64,000 nucleotides of DNA, from the NCBI GenBank assembly GCA_965208575.1, contig CBDBOV010000005.1, positions 864,001 to 928,000 on the forward strand. Direction: 5' to 3'. The position numbers and the translations under genes are program-made. This document shows, in pieces, positions 9,326-20,021 of the stretch. The notes under the pieces are model-generated. The model was not told where the DNA came from. It saw nothing but the letters and a program-made list of their open reading frames with translations, and ran no database searches. The first letter of the stretch is position 1. Each line of letters opens with the position of its first letter. Source of the stretch: Spirochaetia bacterium. GTDB taxonomy: Bacteria > Spirochaetota > Spirochaetia > SZUA-6 > Bin103.

Positions 9326-10243
9326 ATGAAGTTCGGGGCGCAGATCAACAGTTTCGGAGCGGACTGGGAGGCGATCAGCGCGTACATCGCCGCGCTGGAG
9401 GGCGGGCGCTGGAACAGCCTGTATATCGCCGACCACTTCCTGCCGCCGGTCGGCGACCGGGGCGAGCACAACAACGCCTTCGAGGCGTTCACCCTGCTGT
9501 CGGTGGCCGCCGGCATGACCCGCCGGGTCGAGCTCGGCACTCTGGTGCTGGGCAACACCTACCGCAACCCGGCGCTGGTGGCGAAGATGGCGGCCACGCT
9601 CGACCAGGCGTCGCGGGGGCGGGTTGTGCTGGGCATCGGCGCCGCCTGGTTCGAGCGCGAGCACGCCGCCTACGGCTGGGACTTTCCCGCCATGCGGGAA
9701 CGGTCGGACCGGCTGGAGGAAGCGTGCCGCCTGATCCGCACGCTGTTCACGGCGGACGGGCCGGTCGACTTTCAGGGCCGCTACTACCGCCTCAAGCAGG
9801 CGCCCCTGGCGCCCGGATGCTTCCGCACGCCGCACATTCCGATCATGGTCGGCGGCGTCGGCGAGCGCCGCACTTTGCGCACGCTGGCGCGCTACGGCGA
9901 CGTGTTCAACCTGAACGGCTGGACCCTCGAGATGTCGCTGCCGGAGTACCGGCGCAAGGCGGAAGTGATCGAGCGCCACTGCGCGGCGGTCGGGCGCGAC
10001 CCGGGCGAGATCCGGCACACCGTCCACATGCCGCTGCAGCTTGCGGAGGCGGGCGACCGGCCTCCCGGCGGCGGCGCGGAGTGGAAGCTCGGTCCGGGAC
10101 TGACCCCGGCGCCGGCCAGCTTCATCGTCGACCGCATCGGCGAATTCGGGCGCGCCGGGGTGGACGAGATCATCTTCCAGCCGCTCCCCGACGCCGCCTA
10201 CCTGCAGCGCGTCGAAGCTGAGATCGTCGCCGCCGTCGTCTGA
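9326..10243 (+). CDS. LLM-class (luciferase-like, possibly F420-dependent) oxidoreductase
   Basis: ADHF, GTLVLGNTYRNPALVAKMAATLD, GRVVLGIGAAW, IMVGGVGERRTL. Confidence 0.88.
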   Translation: MKFGAQINSFGADWEAISAYIAALEGGRWNSLYIADHFLPPVGDRGEHNNAFEAFTLLSVAAGMTRRVELGTLVLGNTYRNPALVAKMAATLDQASRGRVVLGIGAAWFEREHAAYGWDFPAMRERSDRLEEACRLIRTLFTADGPVDFQGRYYRLKQAPLAPGCFRTPHIPIMVGGVGERRTLRTLARYGDVFNLNGWTLEMSLPEYRRKAEVIERHCAAVGRDPGEIRHTVHMPLQLAEAGDRPPGGGAEWKLGPGLTPAPASFIVDRIGEFGRAGVDEIIFQPLPDAAYLQRVEAEIVAAVV

Positions 10244-10261
10244 CGTGGCGGCGGGCGGCGG

Positions 10262-11764
10262 TCAGGGATGCCGCGGCGGCGCGCTGCGGCCGGAGTGGAC
10301 GAAGCGGTCGATCACCGCCTTCAGCTCAGCGACGATCCGGGGGTGCTCGAAGTAGAGATTGGTGGTCTCGCCGGGGTCCACGTCCAGGTCGTAGAGTTGG
10401 CCGGGTGCGTCGGGTGCCTTTTCCGGCAGGGCGTATTGCCTGAGTGCTCCCCTGGTGTAGTCGTTGCCGCCGGAGCCGCGGTGATCGAGGTACTTCCATT
10501 TGCCGCGCCGGAGCGCCAGGTAGAGGGCGGGCTCGCCGCCGGTGGCGGCGTTGCTCAGGAAGCTCTGGTGCAGCGTGTGCGCGCGCACCGCTTCGCCGGC
10601 CGGCGTTTCGCCGAGCATGGCCGGCAGGATGTCGAAGCTGTCCTCACCCGCGTCGTCGGGCAGTTCGACGCCGGTGATCGCGGCGCAGGTGGCCATCAGG
10701 TCGCACAGGCAGACGGTCTGGGAGCTCTCGCTGCCTGCGGCGATGCGCCCGGGCCAGCGCGCCACGAACGGCACCCGGTGGCCGCCTTCCCACTGGTCGC
10801 GCTTCATGCCGCGCCACGGGCGCGCGCCGTCGTGATCGTAGTCGCTACGCATGTTGACGACGCTGGTCACTTCCGGTCCGTTGTCGCTGGTCACCATCAC
10901 CAGGGTGTCGTCCGCCAGTCCGAGCCGGTCGAGGGTGGCGAGCAACTCGCCCACCACGTGGTCGAACTCGTAGATGAAGTCGCCGTGCGGGCCGGCGCCG
11001 GTCTTGCCCTGGAACGCCTTGCCGGGGAACGACGGCAGGTGCACACCCTGGGTGGAGTGAAACAGGAAGAACGGCTGTTCCGGAGACTCGGCGGCGTGGC
11101 GTTCCAGGAACTGCACGCTGCGCTCCAGGAACACCATGTCGATCTCTTCGAAGTCGAAGCCGGGCGCCAGCCAGCCGATGCGGTTGTCCCTGGCGTAAGG
11201 ATGGTCGGGCAGGCCGGCGCGGTCGTGCAGCCTGGTGGGCGGCACCGGGATGCGGTCGCCGTCGATGAACGCGTACAGGAAGTCGGTGGTCGGGCAGCAC
11301 GCGGTGCCGTAGAAGTGGTCGAAGCCGCGGTGGATCGGCGCGTCCGGGATGGCGCGCGAGTAGTCGATCCGCTCCACCGGGTCGAAGCCGTTCTCGTTGA
11401 TCGGGTTGCCGTCCCGGTCCGGGAAGCTCAGGCCCACGTGCCACTTGCCGTACAGCGCCGTTGCATACCCCAGGTCGCGCAGCATGCCGGGCAGCGTGAG
11501 GCGCGACTCCTCGATCAGGCACGGCCCGCCGGCGCCGGTGAATACGCCCGGTACGCCGGTCCGGAACTCCATGCGCCCGGTCAGCATACTGTAGCGGCTC
11601 GGCGTGCACACGGTGGCCGGGCTGTGCGCGTCGGTGAAGCTCAAGCCCTCGGCCGCGAGCCGGTCGAGGTTCGGCGTCGGCACCTTCGACTCCGGGTTGT
11701 AGCACGCCACGTCGCCGTAGCCCAGGTCGTCGGCCAGGATCAGCAGAATGTTGGGTCGTTGCAT
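10262..11764 (-). CDS. Arylsulfatase (formylglycine-dependent)
   Basis: [42 protein letters not shown]. Confidence 0.93.
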   Translation of the reverse strand: MQRPNILLILADDLGYGDVACYNPESKVPTPNLDRLAAEGLSFTDAHSPATVCTPSRYSMLTGRMEFRTGVPGVFTGAGGPCLIEESRLTLPGMLRDLGYATALYGKWHVGLSFPDRDGNPINENGFDPVERIDYSRAIPDAPIHRGFDHFYGTACCPTTDFLYAFIDGDRIPVPPTRLHDRAGLPDHPYARDNRIGWLAPGFDFEEIDMVFLERSVQFLERHAAESPEQPFFLFHSTQGVHLPSFPGKAFQGKTGAGPHGDFIYEFDHVVGELLATLDRLGLADDTLVMVTSDNGPEVTSVVNMRSDYDHDGARPWRGMKRDQWEGGHRVPFVARWPGRIAAGSESSQTVCLCDLMATCAAITGVELPDDAGEDSFDILPAMLGETPAGEAVRAHTLHQSFLSNAATGGEPALYLALRRGKWKYLDHRGSGGNDYTRGALRQYALPEKAPDAPGQLYDLDVDPGETTNLYFEHPRIVAELKAVIDRFVHSGRSAPPRHP

Positions 11765-11809
11765 GGTTGCTCCTCCGCAGATTGGGACTTGAACACGATA
11801 CTACAGAGA

Positions 11810-11851
11810 CGGTCGGCTGGCGTCGGCCGGGTCGGCCGGGGTCGGCCGGGT
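11810..11851. repeat. Imperfect 9-10-bp tandem repeat (GTCGGCCGG) x4
   Basis: ggtcggctgg cgtcggccgg gtcggccggg gtcggccggg between divergent promoters. Confidence 0.6.
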
Positions 11852-11859
11852 AGGAAAGC

Positions 11860-11888
11860 TTGACAGGTGGCGGGGTTGGACCTAGGGT
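11860..11888 (+). promoter_or_regulatory. Sigma70-type promoter of the decayed SBP operon
   Basis: TTGACA-N17-TAGGGT. Confidence 0.6.
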
Positions 11889-11939
11889 CTGTTCATTGCG
11901 TCGGCGCCGCGCCCGGGCCTGCTTGCGCCAGATTTCTGC

Positions 11940-12337
11940 AACGTGCACCTGATCCCCGGCGTGTTCGGCAACGAGGCCGCGTTCGCCATCCACCAGACCA
12001 TCGACGATCCGGTGCTGCGCGGGTTGTTCCGCGACCTGCGCTTCCGGCAGGCGATGTCCCTGGCGAGGAGCCGCCGGACGAGATCAAGCAGCACTGGCAA
12101 TGGCGGCAGGACTGGACCAAGACCGTGTTCCGTTCCGCGGAATACGACGACCTGGCCGAGAAGATCTTCGATTTCTACGCCGAAAACCTGTTCGTGATCG
12201 GCACCGTGGGGCTGCTGCCGACGCCGTACATCGCCAAGAAGAACATCGGCAACGTACCCACGAAGTATCTGCCCGGCCTTACCGACTACGCCGGCGACCT
12301 GAACTTCTTCTCCCACCAGTTGTTCTTCAAGAACTAG
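11940..12337 (+). pseudogene. Family-5 SBP remnant with 5' and internal deletions
   Basis: DPVLRGLFRDLRFRQAMSLA joined out of frame at about 12060 to GEEPPDEIK..ENLFVIGTVGL..QLFFKN; both segments match the 36011..38002 SBP. Confidence 0.85.
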
Positions 12338-12419
12338 GAGTTGTGCCGGACGCGGCGGGGTAGTTGCATCGACTGCCCCGCCGTTTACGAAGGCCACGAC
12401 ACGGCAGTCTCCGGCTAAC

Positions 12420-14396
12420 CCGAAGTTCCAGAGCGGGAATCTTGTTAATTCGTTATTGATCTGAAAATTGCGCTCAACAGCCGATGTCCGTTACTGGCTA
12501 CACTTGGGCGCTGACCTCCAGGAGATCGAAACAGCGCTGCTGCAGCGCGGTCGGTTCGCTGTGCATGGTGAACGTGGCGCCGCTATCCACTATCCGCACG
12601 CGGTTGGCCGTCAGCGTCCCCAACTCGCTCATCAGGCTGCGAAAGCTGTGCACCGGCAGACCGTCGTCGGTACGCTTGCTCGCCGCCTTCCGGTGTGCGG
12701 CCGGTGAGCGTTCCGCCGGTTGCACCACCGACTCGCGCAGCGCCTCGCCGGCGGCGCGGTCGTGGTCGTCGAACAGCACCGGCGCCAGCTTGCTGCGCAT
12801 GTGCCACTCCACGTAGTAGGCCAGCATGCACAGGAACACGTGCGCCCGCACCCGGTCTGCGCTGCGGTGATAGATCGGTCGCACCTTCAGATCCACCGTC
12901 TTCATGCTGCGGAACGCACGTTCCACCTTGGCCAAGTCCTTGTACGCCGTCACCGTCTGCTCGGCGTCGAACAGCTCCGGCTCCACGTTGGAGCGCACGA
13001 TGTAGAGCCCGTCCAGTTCTTCCTCGGCCGCGATCTTGTCCAGGTCACGCACGAACGAGAACGAGTCGTCGGTGATGGTGGTGGTGAAATGCTTGCCCAC
13101 CTTGTAGTGGTTGATCACCTTGCCCACCCGCAGGCCGATCGCGGCGGCGCCGCGCAGCGGCTTTTTGGCGCGCTGCGTGGCCGTCACGATCGGCGTCAGT
13201 TCCTCCTCCGTGGAGGCCAGCAACTTCTGCCTCTTGCGCTGCCGTTGCTCGGCCAGGATCGGGTTGCGGCACACGATCAGCCGCTCGCCGGGGAACTCGG
13301 GTGAGCTGATCTCCGCCAGGTCACGCTCGTCGAACATGGTCTGCGCCACTTCGCCGGCCTCGATCAGCTTGCGGATGGTGGGCGCCCGCAGGGTCGTGAT
13401 CCAGCGCAGGCCGTCGATCCCCTGCAGGTCCTCGCGGATGCGCGCGCCGGTGAGCATGCCGCGGTCGCCGACCAGCACGACGCGCTGCAAGCCGAAACGG
13501 TTGCGAATCTTGTCGACCTGAGCGGCGACCGTCTTGGGGTCACTGGTGGAGCCCTCGAATACCTCGACGGCGATGGGACAGCCGTCTGCGGTACACAGCA
13601 GGCCGAACACGATCTGCAAGGTGCCGCGTTTGCCGTCGCGGCTGTGACCACGGCGCGCCAACGGGCAGGTGTGGCCATGGAAGTAACTGGAAGTCAGGTC
13701 GTACAACATGAGCGTGTTGTCATGCAGATGGCGCTTGGCCAAGCGCTGCTCGATGCCGTGCTGGCGAGCGAGCAGCCAATCCATGGCGGCATACAGCTCA
13801 TTCTCGTCGACGGCTCCCAACTGCAGCAGGTGGCCGAGGGAGGAGACGGCGCTTTCGGGGTTCAGGCCGCGAGCGGTGGCGAGTTTGGAGCGAGCGTCGA
13901 CGACGCGAGCGACGATCATGGCGACGACCAGGTCGCGTTCACGGGAGGCGGGACGAGCGACGAGGGAATGGAGGGAGAGCTTGCGGAGGGAACCGAGGAC
14001 GGCGGCGACGTGGCCGTGGGGATAGCTGCGCAAGATGGAGAGCAGTTCGTTGGGAGAGCGCAGAGCGATACCGCCGTTGAGGAGGACGCGCAAACCCTCG
14101 ACGAGGTGATCGGGCCACTTGGAGAGGTTGGCGATGGTGCGTTTTTTGACCTTGCCGTGCTGGCGGAAGGACTCGCGGAGGAGGACGGCTGGGGGAGAGT
14201 TGCGGTTGGGGACGGTGTCGATGTACATGGGCACCCTACGGAGGGAATGGTAGATCATTTAATAATTACATGTCAACCAGATGAGAGAAAATTAACGCTG
14301 AACCACAGGACTATTTACATGGACACGATTTACACCCATGAACACGCTAATTCCTGTAATAGGAAACAGTTACAAGAACGGCCTCTCAAACCTCGG
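12420..14396 (-). mobile_element. IS1634-family insertion sequence (1977 bp)
   Basis: Imperfect IRs CCGAAGTTCCAGAG / CCGAGGTTTGAGAG; 6-bp TSD GCTAAC at 12414-12419 and 14397-14402. Confidence 0.88.
12498..14228 (-). CDS. IS1634-family DDE transposase
   Basis: MYIDTVPNRNSPPAVLLRES, LYDLTSSYF, GHSRDGK, VGDRGM, YKDLAKVERAFRSMK, RPIYH. Confidence 0.92.
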   Translation of the reverse strand: MYIDTVPNRNSPPAVLLRESFRQHGKVKKRTIANLSKWPDHLVEGLRVLLNGGIALRSPNELLSILRSYPHGHVAAVLGSLRKLSLHSLVARPASRERDLVVAMIVARVVDARSKLATARGLNPESAVSSLGHLLQLGAVDENELYAAMDWLLARQHGIEQRLAKRHLHDNTLMLYDLTSSYFHGHTCPLARRGHSRDGKRGTLQIVFGLLCTADGCPIAVEVFEGSTSDPKTVAAQVDKIRNRFGLQRVVLVGDRGMLTGARIREDLQGIDGLRWITTLRAPTIRKLIEAGEVAQTMFDERDLAEISSPEFPGERLIVCRNPILAEQRQRKRQKLLASTEEELTPIVTATQRAKKPLRGAAAIGLRVGKVINHYKVGKHFTTTITDDSFSFVRDLDKIAAEEELDGLYIVRSNVEPELFDAEQTVTAYKDLAKVERAFRSMKTVDLKVRPIYHRSADRVRAHVFLCMLAYYVEWHMRSKLAPVLFDDHDRAAGEALRESVVQPAERSPAAHRKAASKRTDDGLPVHSFRSLMSELGTLTANRVRIVDSGATFTMHSEPTALQQRCFDLLEVSAQV

Positions 14397-14407
14397 GCTA
14401 ACGGCAC

Positions 14408-15406
14408 ATGGGCACCTACATCGTCCGCCGGCTGTTCTACATGGTCATCACGCTGCTGGTGACCTCGCTGATTTCGTTCACGATCATCCAGTTGCCGCCG
14501 GGCGACTACCTGACCACCTACATGGAGATGCTCAGCCGGCAGGGCCTCGACGTGACCGAGGAGCAGATCCGCTCGCTGGAAACCGAGTACGGGCTCGACC
14601 TGCCGTTCCACGCCCAGTACCTGAAGTGGCTGTGGAAGATGCTGCAGGGCGACCTGGGCAGGTCGTTCAAGTTCAACAAGCAGGTCACCACGCTGCTCGC
14701 CGAACGGGTCCCGCTCACCGTCGCCATCTCCACGCTGACGCTGATCTTCGTGTACGTGGTGGCGATCCCGATCGGCGTCTACTCGGCCACGCACCAGTAC
14801 TCCGCCGGCGACTACACCGTTACCGTGCTTGGGTTCGCGGGGCTGGCCACGCCCAACTTCCTGCTCGCCCTGGTGCTGATGTTCGTGTTCTTCAAGTTCT
14901 TCGGCCTGAGCGCCGGCGGGCTGTTCTCACCCGAGTACATCGTCGCTCCCTGGAGCCTGGGCAAGGTATGGGACCTGCTCAAGCACCTGCCGATTCCGAT
15001 CATCGTGATCGGCACCGCCGGCACCGCGAGTATCATCCGGGTGATGCGCGGCTCCCTGCTGGACGAGCTGGCGCGGCAGTACGTGATCACGGCCCGTTCC
15101 AAGGGGGTGGCGGAGAGCAGGCTGCTGTTCAAGTACCCGGTCAGGATGGCGGTGAATCCGATCATCAGCACCGTCGGATGGACGCTGCCGGTGATCGTGT
15201 CGGGCGAGACCATCACCGCCATCGTGCTCAGCCTGCCGACGGTCGGTCCGCTGCTGTTCAATGCCCTGCTGAGCCAGGACATGTACCTGGCCGGCAGCAT
15301 CGTGATGGTGCTGGTGGTCCTGACCGTGATCGGCACCTTCCTGTCCGACATCATGCTGGCCTGGATCGATCCCCGCATCCGCTACGAACGGGCCGCTTCC
15401 GCCTAG
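14408..15406 (+). CDS. ABC transporter permease (DppB-like)
   Basis: YIVRRL, IIQLPPGD, YVITARSKGV, QDMYLAG, IDPRIR. Confidence 0.93.
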   Translation: MGTYIVRRLFYMVITLLVTSLISFTIIQLPPGDYLTTYMEMLSRQGLDVTEEQIRSLETEYGLDLPFHAQYLKWLWKMLQGDLGRSFKFNKQVTTLLAERVPLTVAISTLTLIFVYVVAIPIGVYSATHQYSAGDYTVTVLGFAGLATPNFLLALVLMFVFFKFFGLSAGGLFSPEYIVAPWSLGKVWDLLKHLPIPIIVIGTAGTASIIRVMRGSLLDELARQYVITARSKGVAESRLLFKYPVRMAVNPIISTVGWTLPVIVSGETITAIVLSLPTVGPLLFNALLSQDMYLAGSIVMVLVVLTVIGTFLSDIMLAWIDPRIRYERAASA

Positions 15407-16513
15407 ATGAGCACGCGGGCGAACATCGAGGAAGGTTACTACGTAGCCTCGCAGTGGCAGCTCATGTGGCGCAAGTACAAGCGTCACAAGCTCGCTTTCG
15501 TGGGCATGAGCGTGCTGTCGCTGCTCTACCTGTTCGGCATCTTTTGCGAGTTCTTCGCCCCCTACGACCCGTACCAGCGCAACGCCGACTTCACCTTCGC
15601 GCCGCCGCAGCGCATCCGCTTCATCAGCAACGACGGCCTGCACCTGCGTCCGTTCGTGTACGGCTGGCAGCGCGAGCGCGACCCCGTGACGCTGCGCCCG
15701 GTGTACACCGTGGACCGCGGCGCCCGCTACCCGATCCGTTTCCTGGTGCGCGGCGACGAGTACAAGTTCTGGAACGTGGTGCGCACCGACGTCCACCTGT
15801 TCGGGGTGGCGGACGGCCAGGTGGCGTTCCTGTTCGGCACCGACAAGCTCGGCCGCGACCTGTTCTCGCGCAACCTGTACGCTTCGCGGGTGTCGCTGTC
15901 GGTGGGGCTGGTGGGGGTCGCGATCAGCTTCGTGCTCGGCTGCATTTTGGGCGGCATCTCGGGCTACTACGGCGGCGCGATCGACACCGCGATCCAGCGG
16001 GTGGTGGAGATCCTGATCTCGATTCCCACCATTCCCCTGTGGATGGCGCTGGCGGCCGCCCTGCCGGTCACCTGGTCGCCGATCGAGGTGTACTTCGGAG
16101 TGACCATCGTGCTGTCGGTGATCGGCTGGACCGGGCTGGCGCGGGTGGTGCGCGGCAAGCTGCTGGAGCTGAGGGAGGCGGACTTCGTGATGGCGGCGCA
16201 GATCGCCGGCGCCTCCGAGTCGCGCGTGATCGGCCTGCACCTGCTGCCGTCGTTCTTCAGCTACCTGATCGTCAACCTGACCCTGGCCGTTCCTTACATG
16301 ATGCTCGGCGAGACGGCGCTGAGCTTCCTGGGCCTGGGCATCCGGGCGCCCGCGGTGAGCTGGGGCGCGCTGCTCAAGGAGGGCCAGAACATCAGGACGG
16401 TGGCGCAGTCGCCCTGGCTGCTGATCCCGGGGCTGTTCGTGATCCTCTCCGTGCTCGGCTTCAACTTCGTCGGCGACGGCCTGCGCGACGCCGCCGACCC
16501 GTACAAGGAGTGA
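15407..16513 (+). CDS. ABC transporter permease (DppC-like)
   Basis: ASQWQLMWRK, GTDKLGRD, ETALSFLGLG, GDGLRDAADPY. Confidence 0.93.
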   Translation: MSTRANIEEGYYVASQWQLMWRKYKRHKLAFVGMSVLSLLYLFGIFCEFFAPYDPYQRNADFTFAPPQRIRFISNDGLHLRPFVYGWQRERDPVTLRPVYTVDRGARYPIRFLVRGDEYKFWNVVRTDVHLFGVADGQVAFLFGTDKLGRDLFSRNLYASRVSLSVGLVGVAISFVLGCILGGISGYYGGAIDTAIQRVVEILISIPTIPLWMALAAALPVTWSPIEVYFGVTIVLSVIGWTGLARVVRGKLLELREADFVMAAQIAGASESRVIGLHLLPSFFSYLIVNLTLAVPYMMLGETALSFLGLGIRAPAVSWGALLKEGQNIRTVAQSPWLLIPGLFVILSVLGFNFVGDGLRDAADPYKE

Positions 16514-16895
16514 TCATGCCGGTTGCCCTGCACCGGCCTCCGAGAGGCGGTCGAAGCGGGCGCGAAAGAACCCCGCGTCGAGCGCGGCGGTGACCTCATC
16601 CGACGCGCGCGTGACGTCCCTGGCAGCGATCGGCGAGCGATCCGCGATGTCCCACACGTGCTTGCCCCACTCCTGCAGAAAGTAGGGATAGCCCTTCGTC
16701 TCCGCGACGATCATGGCCAGGGCGTCCCGTCTTGCCGACGCCGCGCAGGCCGAGCAGCAGCAGGCTTCGCGCCGCCATCCGCCGACGGGTCCGCTCGGCA
16801 GCGATGTGGATGGTCTCCAACAGTTCGTCCCGGCCGGCCAGCTCCGGCGGCGGCACTCCCGCGCCGTGCGCGAACGGGTTCTCCAACGGATTCAC
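16514..16895 (-). pseudogene. AAA+/P-loop ATPase remnant (internal deletion right after Walker A, 3' truncated)
   Basis: NPFAHGAGVPPPELAGRD..GLRGVGKT, then out of frame ETKGYPYFLQEWG..FFRARFDRLS. Confidence 0.82.
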
Positions 16896-17038
16896 GGCAT
16901 GATTATACCGTATTTAGCGTTGTTAACGGCACCTGATAAATCCGGTAACTTCGGCATAGAGTCGCTCAGGGCTGTCGTTCCGGATCGCACGCGGGACGGG
17001 GGCCGCCGCGCTATGCGCGCGTGGGGAGGATCGGTAGG

Positions 17039-17896
17039 ATGACGCCACTCATGAACCGGCTGATCGATTCCTTCAACCGGGACGGATTTCTCGTCGTCCG
17101 CGATGCCATACCGGGCGCGGTGCTGGACGCCTTCATCGGGGTGCTGGAGGCGGAGGTGGACCGGCGCGCCGCGGCGATGTTCGAGCGCGGCGAGATCTCC
17201 GAACCCTACGCCGGCGAGCCTTTCGACACCCGCTGGTACCGCATCTGGGAGGAGCGCGGCGGTGAGCCGAAGCCGCCCACCTGGCATGCCTGCGTGTTCG
17301 GCCCGGAGCTGTACGCGCTGTGGATCCATGAGTCGGTCCTCGACGTGGTGGCGCTGGTGGTGGGCCCGGAGATCCAGGCCAGCGGCGACTACATCCTGCG
17401 CCCCAAGCTGCCGTCGCTGAACCTGCTGCCGTGGCACCAGGACTCCGGGTACATGCCGGCCACCGAGCAATATCCGTGGCCGACGGTGTGGGTGCCGTTC
17501 GTACCGGTGCACGCCGGCAACGGCGCCATGCAGTTCATCCCCGGCTCGCACCGCCAGCCGATCCAGCAGCACCGCAAGGGCGACGGCGAGGTGTACGCGA
17601 CGCCGGAGCGCGACCCGGCCGCGGGGCGCGAAGTGGTGACACCGGAGCTGGCCCCCGGCGACTTCGTGATCTTCAGCAACTACGTGTTCCACCGCTCGAC
17701 GGCCGGCCGCGATCGGTCGGTGCGCTGGTCGATCGACTTCCGGTTCAGCCCGGCCGGCACGCCGGTGGGCGACCACCTGTGGTTCCACGGCATGACGCAC
17801 GTGGTGCGCAGCGCCCGCGATCCGGGCCGGATACCGAGCTGGGACGACGTGCTGGCGCTGTGGGAGCGTAGCCCGCAGCGGGTCAAGAGCCCGTAG
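17039..17896 (+). CDS. Phytanoyl-CoA dioxygenase (PhyH) family Fe(II)/2OG dioxygenase
   Basis: DGFLVV, PWHQD, NGAMQFIPGSH, FHRS..R. Confidence 0.9.
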   Translation: MTPLMNRLIDSFNRDGFLVVRDAIPGAVLDAFIGVLEAEVDRRAAAMFERGEISEPYAGEPFDTRWYRIWEERGGEPKPPTWHACVFGPELYALWIHESVLDVVALVVGPEIQASGDYILRPKLPSLNLLPWHQDSGYMPATEQYPWPTVWVPFVPVHAGNGAMQFIPGSHRQPIQQHRKGDGEVYATPERDPAAGREVVTPELAPGDFVIFSNYVFHRSTAGRDRSVRWSIDFRFSPAGTPVGDHLWFHGMTHVVRSARDPGRIPSWDDVLALWERSPQRVKSP

Positions 17897-18078
17897 CGGC
17901 GCGTGCAGACGCTGCCCAACTTCGGGCCGCACATGGTCCACACCCTGTTCATTCGAGGATCGAGCCATAGCTGCGGCCTCCGCCCCCGCGCGGGGCAGGC
18001 CGCGTGCCGCGACTCGAGCCCGATGTACGCCGCTTCGGCGCCGGCACGCCCGGCTCGTTTGGCAATGCCACGAGGGTC

Positions 18079-19065
18079 GTGAGTTTCGACCTGCTCACCC
18101 CCTACGTGACCGCGCAGGCGGTCGAATCGGTCATCGCCACGCCGGTGGACGGCGCGCTGACCGGCTATCCCAGCTACGTCAACCGCGTGTACGGATTCGG
18201 CGCCGAGGATGGCCGCCAGTACGTGGCGAAGTTCTACCGGCCCGAGCGCTGGTCGTGGCGGGCGATCGAGGAGGAGCACCGCCTGGTGGCCGCCTGCGCG
18301 GCCGAGGAGCTGCCGGTGGTGGCGCCGCTGGCGGATGACGACGGCGAGACCCTGCACACGGTGACCGCGGCGGACGGTGAGGCCGAGCAGGAGTTCCTGT
18401 TTGCCGTCTACCCCAAGCGCGGCGGGCGCAACTTCGACGCCGACCGCGACCAGGACTGGCTGCGGATCGGCGCGCTGGTGGGGCGGCTGCACGCCGTCAT
18501 GGCAGGGAGCGCGGCCCGCCACCGGCTGACCTGCACGCCGCGGGCCGCAACCGCGCGCTTCATCGAAGAGCTGTCGCGCGCGCATGTCGTGGCGCCCGAT
18601 GCCGCCGACGAGTTCTTTGAGGTGGCGGGCCGCGCCGTCGACCGGATCGCGCCGTTGTTCGAGGGCGCGGCTCTGCAGCCGGTGCACGGCGACTGCCACC
18701 GCGGCAACATCCTGGACCGTGCCGCCGGCGGCCTGCTGCTGATCGACTTCGACGACCTGATGGTGGCCCCGGCGGTGCAGGACCTGTGGCTGCTGCTGCC
18801 GGGGAGGGTGGCGGACAGCCGGCGCGAGCTGGAACTGCTGCTGGAAGGCTACGAGCAGTTCCGTCCGTTCGACCGCCGCAGTGTGCGTCTGATCGAGCCT
18901 CTGCGCGTGATGCGGATGATCTACTACCTGGCCTGGTCCGCCCTGCAGCGCCGCGACCCGGGCTTCCGGCAGGCGTTTCCACGGTGGGGCGGAGCGGCGT
19001 TCTGGGCCCAGGAAGTCGAGGACCTGCGCACCCAACTGTCCGTCATCGAATCCGAACTCGCCTGA
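18079..19065 (+). CDS. srkA: Stress response Ser/Thr kinase SrkA/RdoA (YihE)
   Basis: SYVNRVY, AKFYRPERWS..IEEEH, HGDCHRGNIL, DFDD, PAVQDLW, LIEPLRVMR, DPGF..FP. Confidence 0.88.
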   Translation: MSFDLLTPYVTAQAVESVIATPVDGALTGYPSYVNRVYGFGAEDGRQYVAKFYRPERWSWRAIEEEHRLVAACAAEELPVVAPLADDDGETLHTVTAADGEAEQEFLFAVYPKRGGRNFDADRDQDWLRIGALVGRLHAVMAGSAARHRLTCTPRAATARFIEELSRAHVVAPDAADEFFEVAGRAVDRIAPLFEGAALQPVHGDCHRGNILDRAAGGLLLIDFDDLMVAPAVQDLWLLLPGRVADSRRELELLLEGYEQFRPFDRRSVRLIEPLRVMRMIYYLAWSALQRRDPGFRQAFPRWGGAAFWAQEVEDLRTQLSVIESELA

Positions 19066-19156
19066 CCCGTCCCCGCGCCGTGCGCTTCTGAGCGGGCCGC
19101 TTGTCTGGCATGATGGCGGAGCCGGACACCGGTTGGACCGGATGGAGGATGAGCCG

Positions 19157-19589
19157 ATGCGAGGAGTGGTGCCGCTGGGCGGGGAACGGGTCGAGGTGTG
19201 CGAGCTGCCGGACCCGCGGCCGGGGCCGGGCGAAGCGGTGGTGGCGCTGCGCAACGCCGGCATTTGCGGCAGTGACCTGCACACGGCGCACAACAGTTGG
19301 GAGGAGATCGGCGAGCGGCAGAACCTGGTGATCGGCCACGAGGCGAGTGGCGTGGTTGCGTGGTGGGGGAGGGCGTGTCCCCGGCGCTGGTCGGCACGCG
19401 GGTGTCGGTGTATCACTACCGCGGCCGATCGGCCCCGGCATCCACGTCTACTACTTCGGCATCATGTCGATGCGCTGGGAGAACATCATGGCCGCCGCCG
19501 TGATCGTCACGCTGCCGGTGATCCTGCTGTACATGCTGCTGCAGCGCTACGTGGTCAGCGGCCTCACCGGCGGCGCGGTGCGCGGATAG
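19157..19589 (+). pseudogene. Zn-alcohol dehydrogenase N-terminal fragment fused to a carbohydrate ABC permease C-terminus
   Basis: [16 protein letters not shown] (frameshift near 19365) VSVYHYRG, then from 19425 [37 protein letters not shown]. Confidence 0.8.
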
Positions 19590-19616
19590 CGAGACTAGCA
19601 GTTAGGGCGCCGCTCT

Positions 19617-20021
19617 CTACAGGATCTTGATGTTGACGAGATGGTGCAGGCCGGCGTCGGATGGGTTGCGCGTGTACAACGGAAGGGCATTTGCGAGGGC
19701 GGTAGCGGCGATCAACAGATCGGCGGTGCGGCGACGTCCCGAACGACCGCTCGCCCGTAGTGCCGCGTATATGCGCCCGTACGCACGCGCGGATCTTGCG
19801 TCGAACGGCAGCGGATCCCAGTGCGTGGCGGCCCAGTGCAGGCGGTCTTGGCGCCGGGCGCGCTCCGCTTCGTCGCTCGTGGCGTGGGGACCAGCAGCCA
19901 GTTCCGCGAGAGTGACGGCGGAGATCGCGGTTTCGTCGGGCAGACGCACACCATCGATCACGTCATGATCGATCACGACGGACGTATCCAACAGGCCGCG
20001 CGCGACGGTCGACTCAGTCAT
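19617..20021 (-). CDS. vapC: VapC PIN-domain toxin
   Basis: LLDTSVVI, ISAVTLAEL, LPFD, DLLIAATA, LYTRN. Confidence 0.88.
   Translation of the reverse strand: MTESTVARGLLDTSVVIDHDVIDGVRLPDETAISAVTLAELAAGPHATSDEAERARRQDRLHWAATHWDPLPFDARSARAYGRIYAALRASGRSGRRRTADLLIAATALANALPLYTRNPSDAGLHHLVNIKIL

Noticed and set aside
14338-16593. 751-aa ORF starting inside the IS end
   Set aside because: Arg/Pro/Gly-rich off-frame shadow of two clear permease genes
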